Source: Chloroflexota bacterium
GTDB taxonomy: Bacteria; Chloroflexota; Limnocylindria; Limnocylindrales; CSP1-4
Assembly: GCA_003171065.1 (NCBI GenBank)
Contig: PMXQ01000149.1
Coordinates: 123,558 to 187,557, forward strand
DNA: 64,000 nucleotides
Direction of reading: 5' to 3'
Every line of letters starts with the position of its first letter. Position 1 is the stretch's first letter. The translations under genes were made by a program, and so were the position numbers. The notes beneath the pieces are model-generated. The model had not been told where the DNA came from, did no database searches, and was given only the letters and a program-made list of their open reading frames with translations. This document shows, one piece after another, positions 34,830 to 45,803 of the stretch.

Positions 34830-37775
34830 GAGCCGGCTGCGGGATGCCCGGCTTCTCCGGCCGAACAGCGAAACGAGTGCCAGCCACGGGAACATCAGGG
34901 CAGTCGACGAGGTTGTCGGCGACGGCGACGGCGACGGCGTCGGCGTCGGCGGCGGCGGCGTCGGCTTCGGCGTCGCGGTCGGCGTGAGCGTCGGGGTGAG
35001 CGTCGGCGTCGTGGTAGGCGTCGGCTCCGCGGTCGGCGTGAGCGTTGGGGTAGGCGTCGGGGTAGGCGTCGGGGTGAGCTCCGGGGTCGGCGTGGGCGTG
35101 GGGATCGGCGTGGGCTCCGGGGTCGGCGTGACGCTCGGCGTCGGCGGCGGTGTCCCGGTGTTGGACGTGCAGTAGATCTTGGGCGGGAACGGGGCGCCCC
35201 ACGTGTTCCCATACGGGGTCCAGAAGCCGGTCTGGTAGAAGTACATGGTTTCGCCGTTGTTGGGGCCGCCCCTCTTGCCGACCCCGGTCATTGCTCGCTG
35301 TATCCAGATCTGGTCGTAGTGCTGGAAGTTCGCGTTGCCTGCGTCGACCTGACTCAGGTTCAAGAATCCCCTGGTGTCCTCGACCCCCGGGCAGTCGTAT
35401 GTCCACAGCGTGTTCGTGACTGTGTCGATGGCCATCGGGACCTTGGTGTCGTCGAACTGGGTCGGCACCGTGCCGTTGATGAATACTTCTCGCACGGTCT
35501 TTGCGGAATATGGGCCGGGCAGCATTCCGCTGTAGGCATCGACGTTGGCCCAGGTCAGCCCTCCAGGCTGCTTGAAGTCCGTCTTTGGGGTACCACTGGT
35601 GACGTCCTGCATGAACGCGTGCCAGATGGGCGCAGCAAGCTCCAGCGACATCACGCTCCTGCCGGCCGTATCGTCGCTGTTGCCTGCCCACACCCCTGCG
35701 ACGATGGCCGGTGAGTTCGGATCGGTGGGCGGCGCCACGTAACCAACCGCAAACAGATCCTGGATCTGGTCATTGGTTCCGGTCTTGAGGGCGGCGACGC
35801 GCCGGCCGTTGTCGTACAGCTTGTACTGGCTCCACCAGTTGTTCTGGCTCGGATCGGTGTTGCCTTTGAGAATGTCGGTCATGATGTAGGCGGCCTGCGG
35901 GGTCGTCGGATGGGTCGTGGTCGATGGATCGTTCCTCAGCGACCAGACGACGTTGCCCTTCGAGTCCGTGACGGACAGGATCATCGAGCGCTGGACCAGG
36001 GTTCCTGCGTCGGCGATGGCGCCGTACGCGGAAACCAGATCGGCCGGCCGGACCTCGAGCGTGCCAATGCCGATCGACACTCCCGGGTTCGAGTTGGCGG
36101 GGAAGGACAGCCCGAAGTCCTCTGCTCGCTGCATCAGGTGGTCGACGCCGTTGATCGAGGCGGCCTTGACCGCCGGGATGTTGAGCGAGTACTGGAGGGC
36201 CTCGCGCATGCGGACCGGACCGCGCTCGTAGTTGTCGGCGTCATGCGGCGTGTAGTCGCCGCCGAAGTTGGTGGCCACGTCCATGAACAGCGACGCTGCC
36301 GTCATGGTCTGGTCCTGGAGACCGACGATGTAATTGATCGGCTTGAACGAGGAGCCCGGCTGACGGTAGCCGTTGCTCAGAACGTCGAACTGCGGATCGA
36401 ACAGGTCCAGGCCCGGCCTCGTTGGGTCCGGCACGGGCGTCTCGTAGAACCCGGCGCTACCCGCGTAGGCGAGCACTTCGCCCGTTCGGTAGTCGACTGC
36501 GATGAGAGCCCCATTGTGCATATTGGCGTTGCGCAAACCGGTGGCGAGGCCGGTCGACGGGTTCGGCCCCACGATTCGATAGTAGTTGTACGGGTCGGAC
36601 TTAGCCGTGATCCCCAGCTGCGCCAGGTAGTCGATCGTCGCCTGCTTGGAGCCCAGATTCGGGGCCAGGATGTAGGCCTCCAGCCACTTCTCGGCCGAAA
36701 CCTGCATCGTCGTGTCGAGCGTCGTGACCACCTTGTACCCGCCGGTATCCACCTTCGGGCAGTCGGCAGGGTCGATGCCGGGGCCGCATACCAACGCGGC
36801 CAGCTGTTCGCGCACCTGCTCGTCAAACTGGGGGGCAATCAACACGTTCTGCGGCTGAGGATGAACGATCACCGGCTCCGACTCGGCGGCGAGAATGTCC
36901 GAGTCCTTGTACTGCCCCCGCAGGAGGCCATCCAACTGATTCTGGCGCATGTCCTCGAGGATCAAGTTGCGGCGCTGGACGATCTCCGAATCGGGCGGGA
37001 CGACGAGCGTGCCGTCCGGCTGCTCGACCGCGTTCTGGACCAGGTCGTAGGCCGTTGGGGCCTGCAGCAGGGCGGCGAGGATCACGCTCTGAGCGATCGT
37101 CAGCTGGCTGAGATCGGTTATGCCGAAATAGCCCTGAGCGGCCGAGGCGATCCCGTAGCTCTGATTCCCGTAGAAGTTCAGGTTCAGGTAGTCGGTGATG
37201 ATCGTCTCCTTGCCTTCCACGCCCGGGAATTCCTGGGTGAGCTTCACGGACTGGATGATCTCCTTGATCTTGCGGTCCATGAGGCTGGTGGTCGGCGGGA
37301 GGAGTTCCGCCCTGACGAGTTGCTGCGTGATCGTGGAGGCCCCTCTCGGGGCGCCGGAGAGCGCGTCGCGGAAGGCCGATAGGACGGCCACCGGGTCGAA
37401 GCCGGTGTTCGTCCAGAAGGTCTTGTCCTCTGCGCTGGTGGTGGCGTCCAGGACTACGTCCGGAATGTCGCTGAACTTCAGAACGCGGCGATTCTCAGAT
37501 CCATAGGCAGCCAGCTGGACCTGTCCGGTCTTGTCGTAGAGCACAGTCTGCTGGTTGAGGGGGATGCTTTGGAGGAGCTGCCTCGGATCCTGGAGATCGC
37601 GGCTGTAGGTGGCATAGACATCCACTGCCCCGATGAAGCCGACTGCCCCCATCAACACCATGCCCCCGAGAAGAATCATCGGGAGAACCACTGCGAAACG
37701 GCTGACGGCCCCCCCTCGGGAAGCACCCCGACCGTTGCGGCGACGGCGTTCGCGTCGAGCGAGGCTAGTCTTCAT
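34773..37775 (-). CDS. class A penicillin-binding protein (transglycosylase/transpeptidase) with a PT-rich C-terminal extension
   Basis: N-terminal TM. GT51 motifs [12 protein letters not shown] and [10 protein letters not shown]. Transpeptidase motifs SSFKP, SLN and KTGT. C-terminus has about 85 residues of Pro/Thr repeats, a hydrophobic helix and an Arg-rich tail. The 3' end overlaps murJ by 57 nt. Confidence 0.9.
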   Translation of the reverse strand: MKTSLARRERRRRNGRGASRGGAVSRFAVVLPMILLGGMVLMGAVGFIGAVDVYATYSRDLQDPRQLLQSIPLNQQTVLYDKTGQVQLAAYGSENRRVLKFSDIPDVVLDATTSAEDKTFWTNTGFDPVAVLSAFRDALSGAPRGASTITQQLVRAELLPPTTSLMDRKIKEIIQSVKLTQEFPGVEGKETIITDYLNLNFYGNQSYGIASAAQGYFGITDLSQLTIAQSVILAALLQAPTAYDLVQNAVEQPDGTLVVPPDSEIVQRRNLILEDMRQNQLDGLLRGQYKDSDILAAESEPVIVHPQPQNVLIAPQFDEQVREQLAALVCGPGIDPADCPKVDTGGYKVVTTLDTTMQVSAEKWLEAYILAPNLGSKQATIDYLAQLGITAKSDPYNYYRIVGPNPSTGLATGLRNANMHNGALIAVDYRTGEVLAYAGSAGFYETPVPDPTRPGLDLFDPQFDVLSNGYRQPGSSFKPINYIVGLQDQTMTAASLFMDVATNFGGDYTPHDADNYERGPVRMREALQYSLNIPAVKAASINGVDHLMQRAEDFGLSFPANSNPGVSIGIGTLEVRPADLVSAYGAIADAGTLVQRSMILSVTDSKGNVVWSLRNDPSTTTHPTTPQAAYIMTDILKGNTDPSQNNWWSQYKLYDNGRRVAALKTGTNDQIQDLFAVGYVAPPTDPNSPAIVAGVWAGNSDDTAGRSVMSLELAAPIWHAFMQDVTSGTPKTDFKQPGGLTWANVDAYSGMLPGPYSAKTVREVFINGTVPTQFDDTKVPMAIDTVTNTLWTYDCPGVEDTRGFLNLSQVDAGNANFQHYDQIWIQRAMTGVGKRGGPNNGETMYFYQTGFWTPYGNTWGAPFPPKIYCTSNTGTPPPTPSVTPTPEPTPIPTPTPTPELTPTPTPTPTPTLTPTAEPTPTTTPTLTPTLTPTATPKPTPPPPTPTPSPSPSPTTSSTALMFPWLALVSLFGRRSRASRSRLSRASQQRLHEIGGDSQLG
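34905..35165 (-). repeat. low-complexity (Pro-Thr)n coding repeat within the PBP gene
   Basis: Degenerate ggcgtcggc / ggcgtgagc units on the plus strand. Other frames read as poly-Arg or Gly-Val shadow ORFs. Confidence 0.8.
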
Positions 37776-37887
37776 GGCGGCTCGCAAGATAGCATACGTA
37801 CAGAGGCGGTCATCGCACCCCCGACCGCCGGGCCTTCGGACGGGCCGACGGCGAACCCTGTGACGACAGTTAGGAGCGGGTCTGGCG

Positions 37888-39210
37888 ATGACGGCAGCTG
37901 ACATGACTGGCGGGCGAGGGTCCGGGAGCGCTAAGGGTCAGGCCGGTCTGCTCGACGAGTTGCGGTGGCGGGGCATGCTGCACCAGCACAGCAGCGGCCT
38001 GGCCGAGCGACTCGCCACCGGACCCCGGATCAAGGGCTACAACGGCTTCGACCCCACGGGGCCGTCGCTGCATATCGGCCACCTCGTGCCGATCTTCGGG
38101 CTGATCCAGCTGCAACGGGCCGGTGGCGTGCCGGTGGTCGTCGTTGGGGGCGGCACGGCCATGATCGGCGACCCCTCCGGTAGCTCGGCCGAGCGGCTGC
38201 TTTTGAGCCGCGCCACGGTCGAGGAGAACGTCGGCGGTATTCAGTCGCAGCTGACCAGGTTCCTCGATTTCGACGGACCCAACGGGGCCGAGGTTGTCGA
38301 CAACTACGAGTGGCTGAGCTCGTACTCGTTGCTCCGGTTCCTGCGCGACATCGGCAAGCACCTCACGGTGCCGTACATGCTGGCCAAGGATTCGGTCCAG
38401 ATCCGCCTGGATGCCGGCCTGAGCTTCACCGAGTTCAGCTACATGCTCCTGCAGGCCGCGGACTTCCTGCACCTCTACCGCTCCGGCGGCGTCGAGCTGC
38501 AGATGGGCGGCGCCGACCAGTGGGGCAACATGACGGCCGGGCTGGAGTTGATCCGGAAGGAGTTCGGGGCGGGCGACGGGCAGGATCTCGCCTTCGCCGT
38601 GAGCTACCCGCTCCTGACCAACGAGAGCGGGACCAAGTTCGGCAAGACGGCCGCCGGAACGAGCGTCTGGCTCGACCGCGAGAAGACCAGCCCGTTCCAG
38701 TTCTACCAGTACTGGCTCGATGCCGACGACCGCGACGTCGGCAGGTACCTGCGCACCTTCACGCTTTTCGATCGCGCGAAGATCGAGGGCCTCGAAGCGG
38801 ACATGGCCGCCAATCCGGAAGCGCGCCTCGCCCAGAAGGCGGTGGCCTACGACCTGACGGCCCGCGTTCACGGCGACGACGAAGCCAGACGGGCCGTACG
38901 AGTCAGCCAGGCGGCTTTCTCCAAGGACCCGATCCGCGACCCGGATGTGCTCGAAATCCTGTTCGACAACGTCGACAACTTCGAGTTCACGTCCGAAGAC
39001 CTGGCCGGAGGGGCCCTGCGAATAGCCATCGTGAGCGGCCAGTACGCGTCGAACGGCGAAGCCCGCCGCGCCATATCCCAGGGCGGACTCTCGATCAACG
39101 ACGAGCGCGCCAAGGCGCCCGAGGACGCCGTTCCGGAGCTTGTCGGAGGCCGCTACCTGGTTCTTCGGCCGGGCAAGAGGAGCCTGCGCATAGGGCGGCT
39201 GAAGGACTAG
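37888..39210 (+). CDS. tyrS: tyrosyl-tRNA synthetase
   Basis: HIGH (LHIGHL), KMSKS (KFGKT) and a C-terminal S4 domain. Confidence 0.95.
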   Translation: MTAADMTGGRGSGSAKGQAGLLDELRWRGMLHQHSSGLAERLATGPRIKGYNGFDPTGPSLHIGHLVPIFGLIQLQRAGGVPVVVVGGGTAMIGDPSGSSAERLLLSRATVEENVGGIQSQLTRFLDFDGPNGAEVVDNYEWLSSYSLLRFLRDIGKHLTVPYMLAKDSVQIRLDAGLSFTEFSYMLLQAADFLHLYRSGGVELQMGGADQWGNMTAGLELIRKEFGAGDGQDLAFAVSYPLLTNESGTKFGKTAAGTSVWLDREKTSPFQFYQYWLDADDRDVGRYLRTFTLFDRAKIEGLEADMAANPEARLAQKAVAYDLTARVHGDDEARRAVRVSQAAFSKDPIRDPDVLEILFDNVDNFEFTSEDLAGGALRIAIVSGQYASNGEARRAISQGGLSINDERAKAPEDAVPELVGGRYLVLRPGKRSLRIGRLKD

Positions 39211-39217
39211 GCGGGGA

Positions 39218-39583
39218 TCAGCGGCCGAAGCCGGGCGCGGCCGGGGGAGTGGCCTGGGCGCCTTGCGGCTGAGTCCAGCTCTGGAGCATGTCGCACATGC
39301 CGTCGATGACCTGAGTGGCCCGGTCGCGGCAACCGCCGCCTTGCAGGGGCCCGAACCCGAAGTTGCGGGCGTAGACGTTGACGACCGCCGCACCGTCGAC
39401 CCCGGAAACGCCCACCTCGATGGTGGCGAGGTACGTCGTGAAGGTCAGCCCGCTCTTGCACTTCATCGCGAAGGGCCCTTGCTCCTTCACCTTCACGCCC
39501 ACCGCGTTCGCGGCATGGACCGCCGCCGGGATGACTTGCGCCACGGGCGCGGGCAGCGTCATCCAAGTCTTGTAGCTGGACAT
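39218..39583 (-). CDS. hypothetical protein (121 aa)
   Basis: GAGGAGGG Shine-Dalgarno upstream and G/C-rich third positions. No family recognised. Confidence 0.5.
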   Translation of the reverse strand: MSSYKTWMTLPAPVAQVIPAAVHAANAVGVKVKEQGPFAMKCKSGLTFTTYLATIEVGVSGVDGAAVVNVYARNFGFGPLQGGGCRDRATQVIDGMCDMLQSWTQPQGAQATPPAAPGFGR

Positions 39584-39698
39584 TTCGACCGACCCTCCTC
39601 GGTATCGGCGTGAGGCCGACGGCTCGCGCAGTGGAAACGTCGGGATTGTAGGTCCGGTAATCGGTTTTCGACCGGGCCCGGCCGTGACGCGGAGACCC

Positions 39699-40388
39699 TC
39701 AACCTTTGTGCCGCTCGCGCAGCCGGGCGATCACTGCCGCGGGCTGCAGGTCGCGTTCGCGCAGCAGCACCAGCGTGTGGTACATCAAGTCCGCGACCTC
39801 TCCGGTCAGGGCATCTAGTGTGGCCGGCCGGCTGTCGGCTGTGGCCATCGCGTCGTCCTTGGCGGCCATCAGCACTTCGGTGGCCTCTTCGGCCACCTTG
39901 CGCGCCGGACCGTCAACGCCGGCTGCGACTAGACGGGCGGTGTATGAGGCGGCCGGGTCGGCAGAGGCGCGGGAGTCGATCGTGGACCACAGCGTTTCGA
40001 GCCAGGCGAAGCCCTGGTTGGTGGCCTCGGTCGTGCTGGGGGGGCGCGCGGCAGCCTCACGGTCTGCTGGGTCGAAGCAGCTCCGCGTACCACGGTGACA
40101 GGTCGGCCCGACCGGCTCTACCTGGATCAGCAGCGCGTCGCCGTCGCAGTCAAGGTCGATGTCGACGAGGCGCAGCACGTTGCCGCTCGTCTCACCCTTG
40201 CGCCACAGGCGGTCTCGCGAACGCGAGTGGAAGTGGACCTCGCCGCCGGCCAGCGTCGCGGCCAGAGCCTCCGCGTCCACGTAGGCGACCATCAGCACCC
40301 GGCCATCGGCAACGTCCTGGACCACCGCCGGAGCCAGCCCGCTCGGTCCCCACGAAATCTCCTCCTCAAGCGCCCGTCTGGCTGTCAT
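39699..40388 (-). CDS. hisI: bifunctional phosphoribosyl-AMP cyclohydrolase / phosphoribosyl-ATP pyrophosphatase
   Basis: GLAPAVVQD...RVLMVAYVD...WRKGETSGN...DCDGDALL...GPTCH, then a HisE-like C-terminus ([13 protein letters not shown]...[13 protein letters not shown]). Confidence 0.9.
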   Translation of the reverse strand: MTARRALEEEISWGPSGLAPAVVQDVADGRVLMVAYVDAEALAATLAGGEVHFHSRSRDRLWRKGETSGNVLRLVDIDLDCDGDALLIQVEPVGPTCHRGTRSCFDPADREAAARPPSTTEATNQGFAWLETLWSTIDSRASADPAASYTARLVAAGVDGPARKVAEEATEVLMAAKDDAMATADSRPATLDALTGEVADLMYHTLVLLRERDLQPAAVIARLRERHKG

Positions 40389-41191
40389 GCCGCGGCCTCC
40401 CCGACAGGCCGGACCGGCAACCCCGCCGCAGCCATCGCCTTCTTGACCGAGTCAATCGAGTAGATCCGCCGGTGGAAGAGTGAAGCCGCGAGCACGGCGT
40501 CGGCCCCGCCGTCTCGGACGGCGATGACGAAGTCTTCCGGCCCAGAGGCGCCCCCTGATGCGATCACCGGCACACGCACTCGCGAAGAGATGGCCCTGAG
40601 CAGTTCGGTGTCGAAGCCGCTGCGCGTTCCGTCTCGGTCCATCGAGGTAACGAGCAGCTCGCCGGCACCAAGCGCCACCGCCCGCTGCGCCCATTCGCAG
40701 GCGTCCAGGCCGGCAGGAGTTCGACCTCCGTGCGTTACGACCTCCCAGGCAATCGGCGTCTCGAGGGTCCCGCCGGCGGACCGTGGCAAACGCCGCGCGT
40801 CGATCGCGCACACAACAGCCTGGGTGCCGAAACGCCGCGCGCAGGCGGTCAGCAGTTCCGGCTCGGCCACCGCCGCGGTGTTGAATGACACCTTGTCCGC
40901 GCCGGCGCGCAGCACATCGCGCATCTCGTCGACGCTGCGAACGCCACCGCCCACTGTGAGTGGGACGAATGCTCGGCTGGCCGTTCGACGAACGACCTCC
41001 AGCATGGTGCCGCGGCCCTCCGGAGCGGCGGCGATGTCGAGGAAGACGATCTCGTCTGCGCCTTCGCGGGCGTACCGCTCGGCCAGCTCTGCGGGGTCGC
41101 CTTGGTCAGCTAGATCCACGAACCTGGTCCCCTTCACGACGCGGCCGTTGGCCACGTCGAGGCAGGGGATGACGCGACGGGCAAGCATCAC
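40385..41191 (-). CDS. hisF: imidazole glycerol phosphate synthase cyclase subunit
   Basis: [16 protein letters not shown]...[10 protein letters not shown]...[10 protein letters not shown]... Confidence 0.95.
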   Translation of the reverse strand: MMLARRVIPCLDVANGRVVKGTRFVDLADQGDPAELAERYAREGADEIVFLDIAAAPEGRGTMLEVVRRTASRAFVPLTVGGGVRSVDEMRDVLRAGADKVSFNTAAVAEPELLTACARRFGTQAVVCAIDARRLPRSAGGTLETPIAWEVVTHGGRTPAGLDACEWAQRAVALGAGELLVTSMDRDGTRSGFDTELLRAISSRVRVPVIASGGASGPEDFVIAVRDGGADAVLAASLFHRRIYSIDSVKKAMAAAGLPVRPVGEAAA

Positions 41192-41871
41192 GCAACCTCC
41201 GACGCGGCCGCCCAGGCGCGGCCCGCGGTCTCGGCGCGGCCGGCGCTCGCGGCGACCAGCCGCAGGAAATTGGACAGCAGCCGCTGGCCGGCCTCCGCTG
41301 ACTTCTCAGGGTGAAACTGAAGCCCGTACAGCGAGCCCCATGCGACGGCGCTGACAAACGGTCGGCCATGCGTAGTGCGGGCCACGACGATGCCCTCGTC
41401 CTCGGGTGCGGGCGCGAACGAGTGCACGAAGTAGAAATGCGAGCCGTCGGCGATGCCGTCGAAGAGCGGGTGCGGCCGGGCCAGTTCGACGGTGTTCCAG
41501 CCAATGTGCGGCAACGTGGGGGTGCCTTCCAGGCCCACGGTTTGCCCCGCCAGAAGCGCCAGCGTCTGGGCGTCGCCTTCAGCGCTGCGCTCGAAGAAGA
41601 GCTGGTAGCCGAGGCAGATTCCCAGGCACGGCCGATTCGCGCGAACCCAGTCGCGCAGCGGGTCGATCAGCCCTCGCTCGCGCAGGTGGGCCATGGCCGG
41701 AGCGGCCGCTCCAACGCCCGGAACCACGATGGCATCCACGCCGTCGAGCGCCGCGGCGTCCGCGGCCACGACCACGCGAGCGCCCGCGGTCACGAGCGCC
41801 TGCCTGATGCTCACCATGTTCGCCGCGCCGTAGTCGAGTACCGCTACGAGCAGCGGCCGCCCAGCGGCCAT
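41188..41871 (-). CDS. hisH: imidazole glycerol phosphate synthase glutamine amidotransferase subunit
   Basis: [14 protein letters not shown]...[10 protein letters not shown]...[13 protein letters not shown]...HSF... Confidence 0.9.
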   Translation of the reverse strand: MAAGRPLLVAVLDYGAANMVSIRQALVTAGARVVVAADAAALDGVDAIVVPGVGAAAPAMAHLRERGLIDPLRDWVRANRPCLGICLGYQLFFERSAEGDAQTLALLAGQTVGLEGTPTLPHIGWNTVELARPHPLFDGIADGSHFYFVHSFAPAPEDEGIVVARTTHGRPFVSAVAWGSLYGLQFHPEKSAEAGQRLLSNFLRLVAASAGRAETAGRAWAAASEVA

Positions 41872-42491
41872 CAGCGCGGCGATCCCTTCGTCGAGGCGAC
41901 CCCGGTGCGACGAGGGTCGACGGCGCAGGCGGCGCGCAGCGACCGCCCCAGGGCCTTGAACGCCGCCTCTGCCAGGTGATGATCGTTGCGACCCTTTCCC
42001 TTGATGTGCAGCGTGACCCCGCCCGCGCGAGCGAACGACTCGAAGACATGCTCGATCAACTGCAGCGGAAGCCCGCCGGCACGCTTGCCCTTGAACGGCA
42101 GGTCGATCACGGCGTATGAGCGCCCGCCTACGTCGACCGCGGACGTGGCCAGCGACTCGTCCATCGGCACGGCGGCATCGCCGAAGCGGACGATGCCCGA
42201 GCGGTCGCCGAGCGCTTGCTCGAGCGCGGCGCCGAGAACCAGCGCAACATCCTCCACCGTGTGGTGCTCGTCGACCGCCAGGTCGCCGGTCGCCTCGATC
42301 TCGATGTCGAAGAGGGCGTGGTGGGCGAGCGAGTTCAGCAGGTGATCGTAGAATCCGACGCCAGTCGCGATCTTGCTTTCGCCAGTTCCGTCGAGTCGGA
42401 GGGTGACGGTGATCTGCGTCTCGCGCGTGGAGCGCGTGACCGTGGCCGAACGGTCGCCCGACTCGACCACGGTGCCGATCTGGTTGCTCAT
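41871..42491 (-). CDS. hisB: imidazoleglycerol-phosphate dehydratase
   Basis: RSTRETQITVTLRLDGTG...TGVGFYDHLL...HHTVEDVALVLG... Confidence 0.95.
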   Translation of the reverse strand: MSNQIGTVVESGDRSATVTRSTRETQITVTLRLDGTGESKIATGVGFYDHLLNSLAHHALFDIEIEATGDLAVDEHHTVEDVALVLGAALEQALGDRSGIVRFGDAAVPMDESLATSAVDVGGRSYAVIDLPFKGKRAGGLPLQLIEHVFESFARAGGVTLHIKGKGRNDHHLAEAAFKALGRSLRAACAVDPRRTGVASTKGSPR

Positions 42492-43612
42492 GCTGGTATC
42501 TCCCTCGCGGCGCGGATGAGACGGTCGTTCTCCTGGGCCGACCGAACCGTCAGGCGCAGGCAGTCGGCCAGCGGATGACCGGGGCCGAAGGTTCGCGGGA
42601 CGAGGCCCTGGCGCAGCAGCCCCTCGGCGGCTGCCGCCGCGACCTCCGCAGAGCCGAAGCGGAACAGGATGAAGCTGGCCTGAGAGGGGTACGGACGCCA
42701 GCCGATGCCGCTCAGCTCCCCGATGAGGCGGGCACGCTGCTCCGCGATGCGAGCAACGTTGGCCGCGGCCAGCTCCGGGCGGCGCAGCGCGGCAGTCGCC
42801 AGGGCAGCGGAGACGGTCGAAACCGAGGCGGGAGCCCGGAATGAGAGGATCGGCGCCAGTGTTTCCGGCCGCGCCACGGCGAAGCCGACGCGAGCCCCTG
42901 CCAGAGCGTGAGCCTTGCTCAAGGTCCGAATGACGACCAGACGCGGGTACCGGGCGCGCAGGGCCAGCACGGAGCGGCCGACGAACTCCGAGTAGGCCTC
43001 GTCGACGGCCACGGCCGGGGCAGGACGGCCGTCCCGCGCTGCGTCGGCTGCCAGCAGGTCCAGCAACTCGCCGATTCGCTCCGGCGGTTCAGCGGCACCG
43101 GTCGGGTTGTTGGGTTCGCACAGCCACACGAGGTCGGCACCGCGAGCGGCCTCGGCCATCGCGGGAATGTCCAGCCCGAAGCCCTCGTCTGCGTGCCGGC
43201 GCGACACGGCTCGGAAGCGCGCGCCGCGCTGCTCGGTCACGATGCCGTACATCGCGTACGTGGGCACGGCGTCAACCGCCACCGAGCCCTCGCGCAGGAA
43301 TGCGCGAGCCGTGAGATCCAGGGCTTCGTCGGCGCCGGCCGTGGGCAGGATCTCGTCCGGGGCGACGCCGTACGACTCCGCCGCGGCAGCCACGAGTCCG
43401 GCATAGTCGCTGGGCGGGTACTCGCACAGGAGGGGATCGAATGGGCCGGTCAGCACGTCCCGAAGGTCAGGCGGGAGTGGCGACGTGTTCACGTCGAATC
43501 GCACGATGGACTCGCGCGGCAGGCGGTACCGGGCGGCGAGGAAATCGGTCGTCGGCTCCCAGACATACGTCGGGAGAGGCTGGTCGGACGGCCGTTTGGT
43601 CGAGGCGCTCAT
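42488..43612 (-). CDS. hisC: histidinol-phosphate aminotransferase
   Basis: The start ATG overlaps the hisD stop (ATGA). Class II aminotransferase with RTLSKAHALAGARVG (PLP Lys). The 205 Arg-rich codons upstream in the 579-aa ORF overlap hisD and are not coding. Confidence 0.9.
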   Translation of the reverse strand: MSASTKRPSDQPLPTYVWEPTTDFLAARYRLPRESIVRFDVNTSPLPPDLRDVLTGPFDPLLCEYPPSDYAGLVAAAAESYGVAPDEILPTAGADEALDLTARAFLREGSVAVDAVPTYAMYGIVTEQRGARFRAVSRRHADEGFGLDIPAMAEAARGADLVWLCEPNNPTGAAEPPERIGELLDLLAADAARDGRPAPAVAVDEAYSEFVGRSVLALRARYPRLVVIRTLSKAHALAGARVGFAVARPETLAPILSFRAPASVSTVSAALATAALRRPELAAANVARIAEQRARLIGELSGIGWRPYPSQASFILFRFGSAEVAAAAAEGLLRQGLVPRTFGPGHPLADCLRLTVRSAQENDRLIRAAREIPA

Positions 43613-44943
43613 GGCTGGGTCTCGAATCTGACTTCGACCGCCCGCTTGTGGGCGATCAGCCCCTCGGCCTCGGCGATCGCTTCGACCGAGTCGCGGATGG
43701 CCGCCAGACCTTCGCGGCTGATCCGCTGGACCTGCACGAACTTGCCGTAGTCCTCGGTCGACAGGGCACCGCAGGAGCGGGCCAGGCCGCCGGTCGGCAG
43801 GACGTGGTTGGCTCCGGAGGCGTAGTCGCCGGCGGACTCGGGCGCGTACGGGCCGACGAATAGCGAGCCCGCGTTCTGCAGCCGCGCAACGGCCTGCTCG
43901 ACGTCGTCCACGACAACGGAGAGATGCTCCGGCGCGTAGCCGTTCACGAACCCGAGGGCGGCGTCCCGGCCCGGCGCCAGGACGATGAGTGCGCCCTTCG
44001 CGAGCGAGCGCTCCAGGATCTCGCGCCGCGCGGCCGTCGCCAGCTGGCGCCCCAGCTCGACCTCGACCGCGGTCGCGAAGACCGCGTCCCAGGTGACCAG
44101 CAGGGCAGGGGAGTCGGGCCCGTGCTCTGCCTGGGAGAGCAGGTCCGCGGCCACGTGGACCGGGTCGGCGGTGCCGTCGGCCACGACCATGACCTCCGAC
44201 GGGCCCGCCGGCAGATCGATGCCGCACTCGCCGAAGACTTCCAGCTTGGCGGCCGTGACCCAGGAGTTGCCCGGACCGACGATGCGGTCCACCGCTGCCA
44301 CGCCCAGCTCCGGCAGCCCGTAGGCCATCGCGCCGACGGCCTGTGCGCCGCCCGCGACGATGAAGACGTCCACTCCGACAAGCGCGGCGGCAGCCAGCAG
44401 CGTCTGGTTGAGCCCGCCCTCAGCATCCGCCGGCGAGGCCACGACGACGGTGCCGACGCCGGCGACCCGTGCCGGAACCACTCCCATCAGCAACGAGCTG
44501 GGATAAGCCGCGGACCCGCCCGGCGCGTACACGCCGACGCGAGCGAGCGGCGCCCAACGCCGTTCGATCTCCACGCCCGGCACGACCGTCGTGATGCGCG
44601 TCTCCGGCCGCTGAGTCCGGGCAAAGCGGCTGATGTTCTCGATCATCTGCTCGAGGCCGGCACGGATGCGCGGCGGAAGGGAGTCACGCGCCGTGTCCAT
44701 CTCGGCCCGGCTGACGAGCAGGGAGCCGTCCGCGCGACCGCCGCCGAAGCGGCCGTTGGCCTCTCGAACCGCGGCGTCGCCGCCGGACCTGACGGAGGCG
44801 AGGATGGCTCGGGCGCCCTCACGAACCCTCTGATCGGGGACGGCGCCGCGGCGCACCAGTGCCTGGATTTCGGCGGCCACGGCAGGATCGGCATCCGCGG
44901 CGGACAGATCCAGGCGGCGAAGGGTTACATTCGGGGCGCTCAT
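43609..44943 (-). CDS. hisD: histidinol dehydrogenase
   Basis: Starts at MSAPNVTLRRLDL. Also GGAQAVGAMAYG, GPGNSWVTAAK, LLSQAEHGPDS, YAPEHL. The start overlaps the hisG stop (ATGA). Confidence 0.95.
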   Translation of the reverse strand: MSAPNVTLRRLDLSAADADPAVAAEIQALVRRGAVPDQRVREGARAILASVRSGGDAAVREANGRFGGGRADGSLLVSRAEMDTARDSLPPRIRAGLEQMIENISRFARTQRPETRITTVVPGVEIERRWAPLARVGVYAPGGSAAYPSSLLMGVVPARVAGVGTVVVASPADAEGGLNQTLLAAAALVGVDVFIVAGGAQAVGAMAYGLPELGVAAVDRIVGPGNSWVTAAKLEVFGECGIDLPAGPSEVMVVADGTADPVHVAADLLSQAEHGPDSPALLVTWDAVFATAVEVELGRQLATAARREILERSLAKGALIVLAPGRDAALGFVNGYAPEHLSVVVDDVEQAVARLQNAGSLFVGPYAPESAGDYASGANHVLPTGGLARSCGALSTEDYGKFVQVQRISREGLAAIRDSVEAIAEAEGLIAHKRAVEVRFETQP

Positions 44944-45803
44944 TGGACGAGCTTCTCTATGGGCAGGATGAGAATGCCGGAGGCGCCGGCGGCCCTGAGG
45001 CGCGGCAGCAGCGACCAGACCGCGTCGGCCTCGACGACCGAATGAATGGCGACCATGCCCTTGTGCGCCAGCGGGATGATCGAGGGCGACTCCAATCCGG
45101 GCAGGAGATCTTCGAGCTCGGTCAGCCTCGTTTCCGGGGCGTTCATCATCAGGTACTTGCGATCGCGCGCGGCCAGGGTCGCGCTGAGCATCGTCTGGAT
45201 CGTGTCCAGGGCGTCGGAGCGGTCGCGCAACGCCGCTCGGGTTGGCCAGCAGGACCGCTTCGGAGGCGAAAACCTCCTCGATAGGTCTGAAGGCCGTTGA
45301 CAACCATAGTCGAGCCGGTCGACACCAGATCGGCGATCGCCTCGGCCAGACCGAGGCGCGGCGCCACCTCGGCCGCGCCCGACACCGGGATCACCTCGAC
45401 CGGAATCGAGCGATCCCGCGAAGAAGCTCTTCGTCAGGTTCATGTGCGATGTGGCGACCCGCAGGCCGGCCAGATCCTCCGGCGCGCGGAAGGGCGAGTC
45501 GTTCGGGACGGCGATCGTGAGCCGGCACTTCCCAAAGCCGAGCTTGCGGAGCTGCGGGACGGCGGAGCCTGACTCCGCCACCAGGTCCAGGCCGGTGACG
45601 CCGAGCTCGGCGACGCCATCGCTGACGAACTCCACGACGTCGTTTGTGCGCACGAAGAGGATGTCGAGGTCGAAATTCTGGACGCGCGCCACCAGCGCCC
45701 GCTCGCCGGCTTCGAAGACGAGCCCGGCATCGCGCAGCAGGCGGACGGTCGGCTCGACCAGTCGGCCCTTGTTCGGAATGGCCAGGCGCAGACGGCGCGT
45801 CAT
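44940..45803 (-). pseudogene. hisG: ATP phosphoribosyltransferase (long form) with three +1 frame breaks
   Basis: Homology follows frame A (MTRRLRLAIPNKGRL...TSHMNLTKSFFA), then frame B (DRSIPVEVIPVSGAAEVAPRLGLAEAIADLVSTGSTMVVNGLQ), then frame C (PIEEVFASEAVLLANP), then frame A again (AALRDRSDALDTIQTML...ILILPIEKLVQ). Extra bases sit at about 45416, 45286 and 45237. Frame A stays open throughout but lacks the DLVSTGST PRPP loop. Confidence 0.75.

Noticed and set aside
34895-35212. Repeat-like DNA with poly-Arg (34895..35212) and Gly-Val (34984..35175) ORFs; considered as a possible CRISPR or tandem-repeat locus.
   Set aside because: It is the (Pro-Thr)n linker of the PBP read in other frames. 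The units are degenerate and have no spacer architecture, so this is not a CRISPR array.
37776-37887. Looked for a T-box upstream of tyrS, since thrS and pheS have one.
   Set aside because: The divergent spacer is only 112 nt and contains no GGTGGNACCGCG-like core and no terminator hairpin.
39218-39583. Possible paralogy between the two about-120-aa hypothetical proteins (39218..39583 and 62738..63100).
   Set aside because: Only loose similarity by eye in predicted layout and a GG-x-R stretch. There is no alignable motif, so the claim cannot be supported without a profile comparison.
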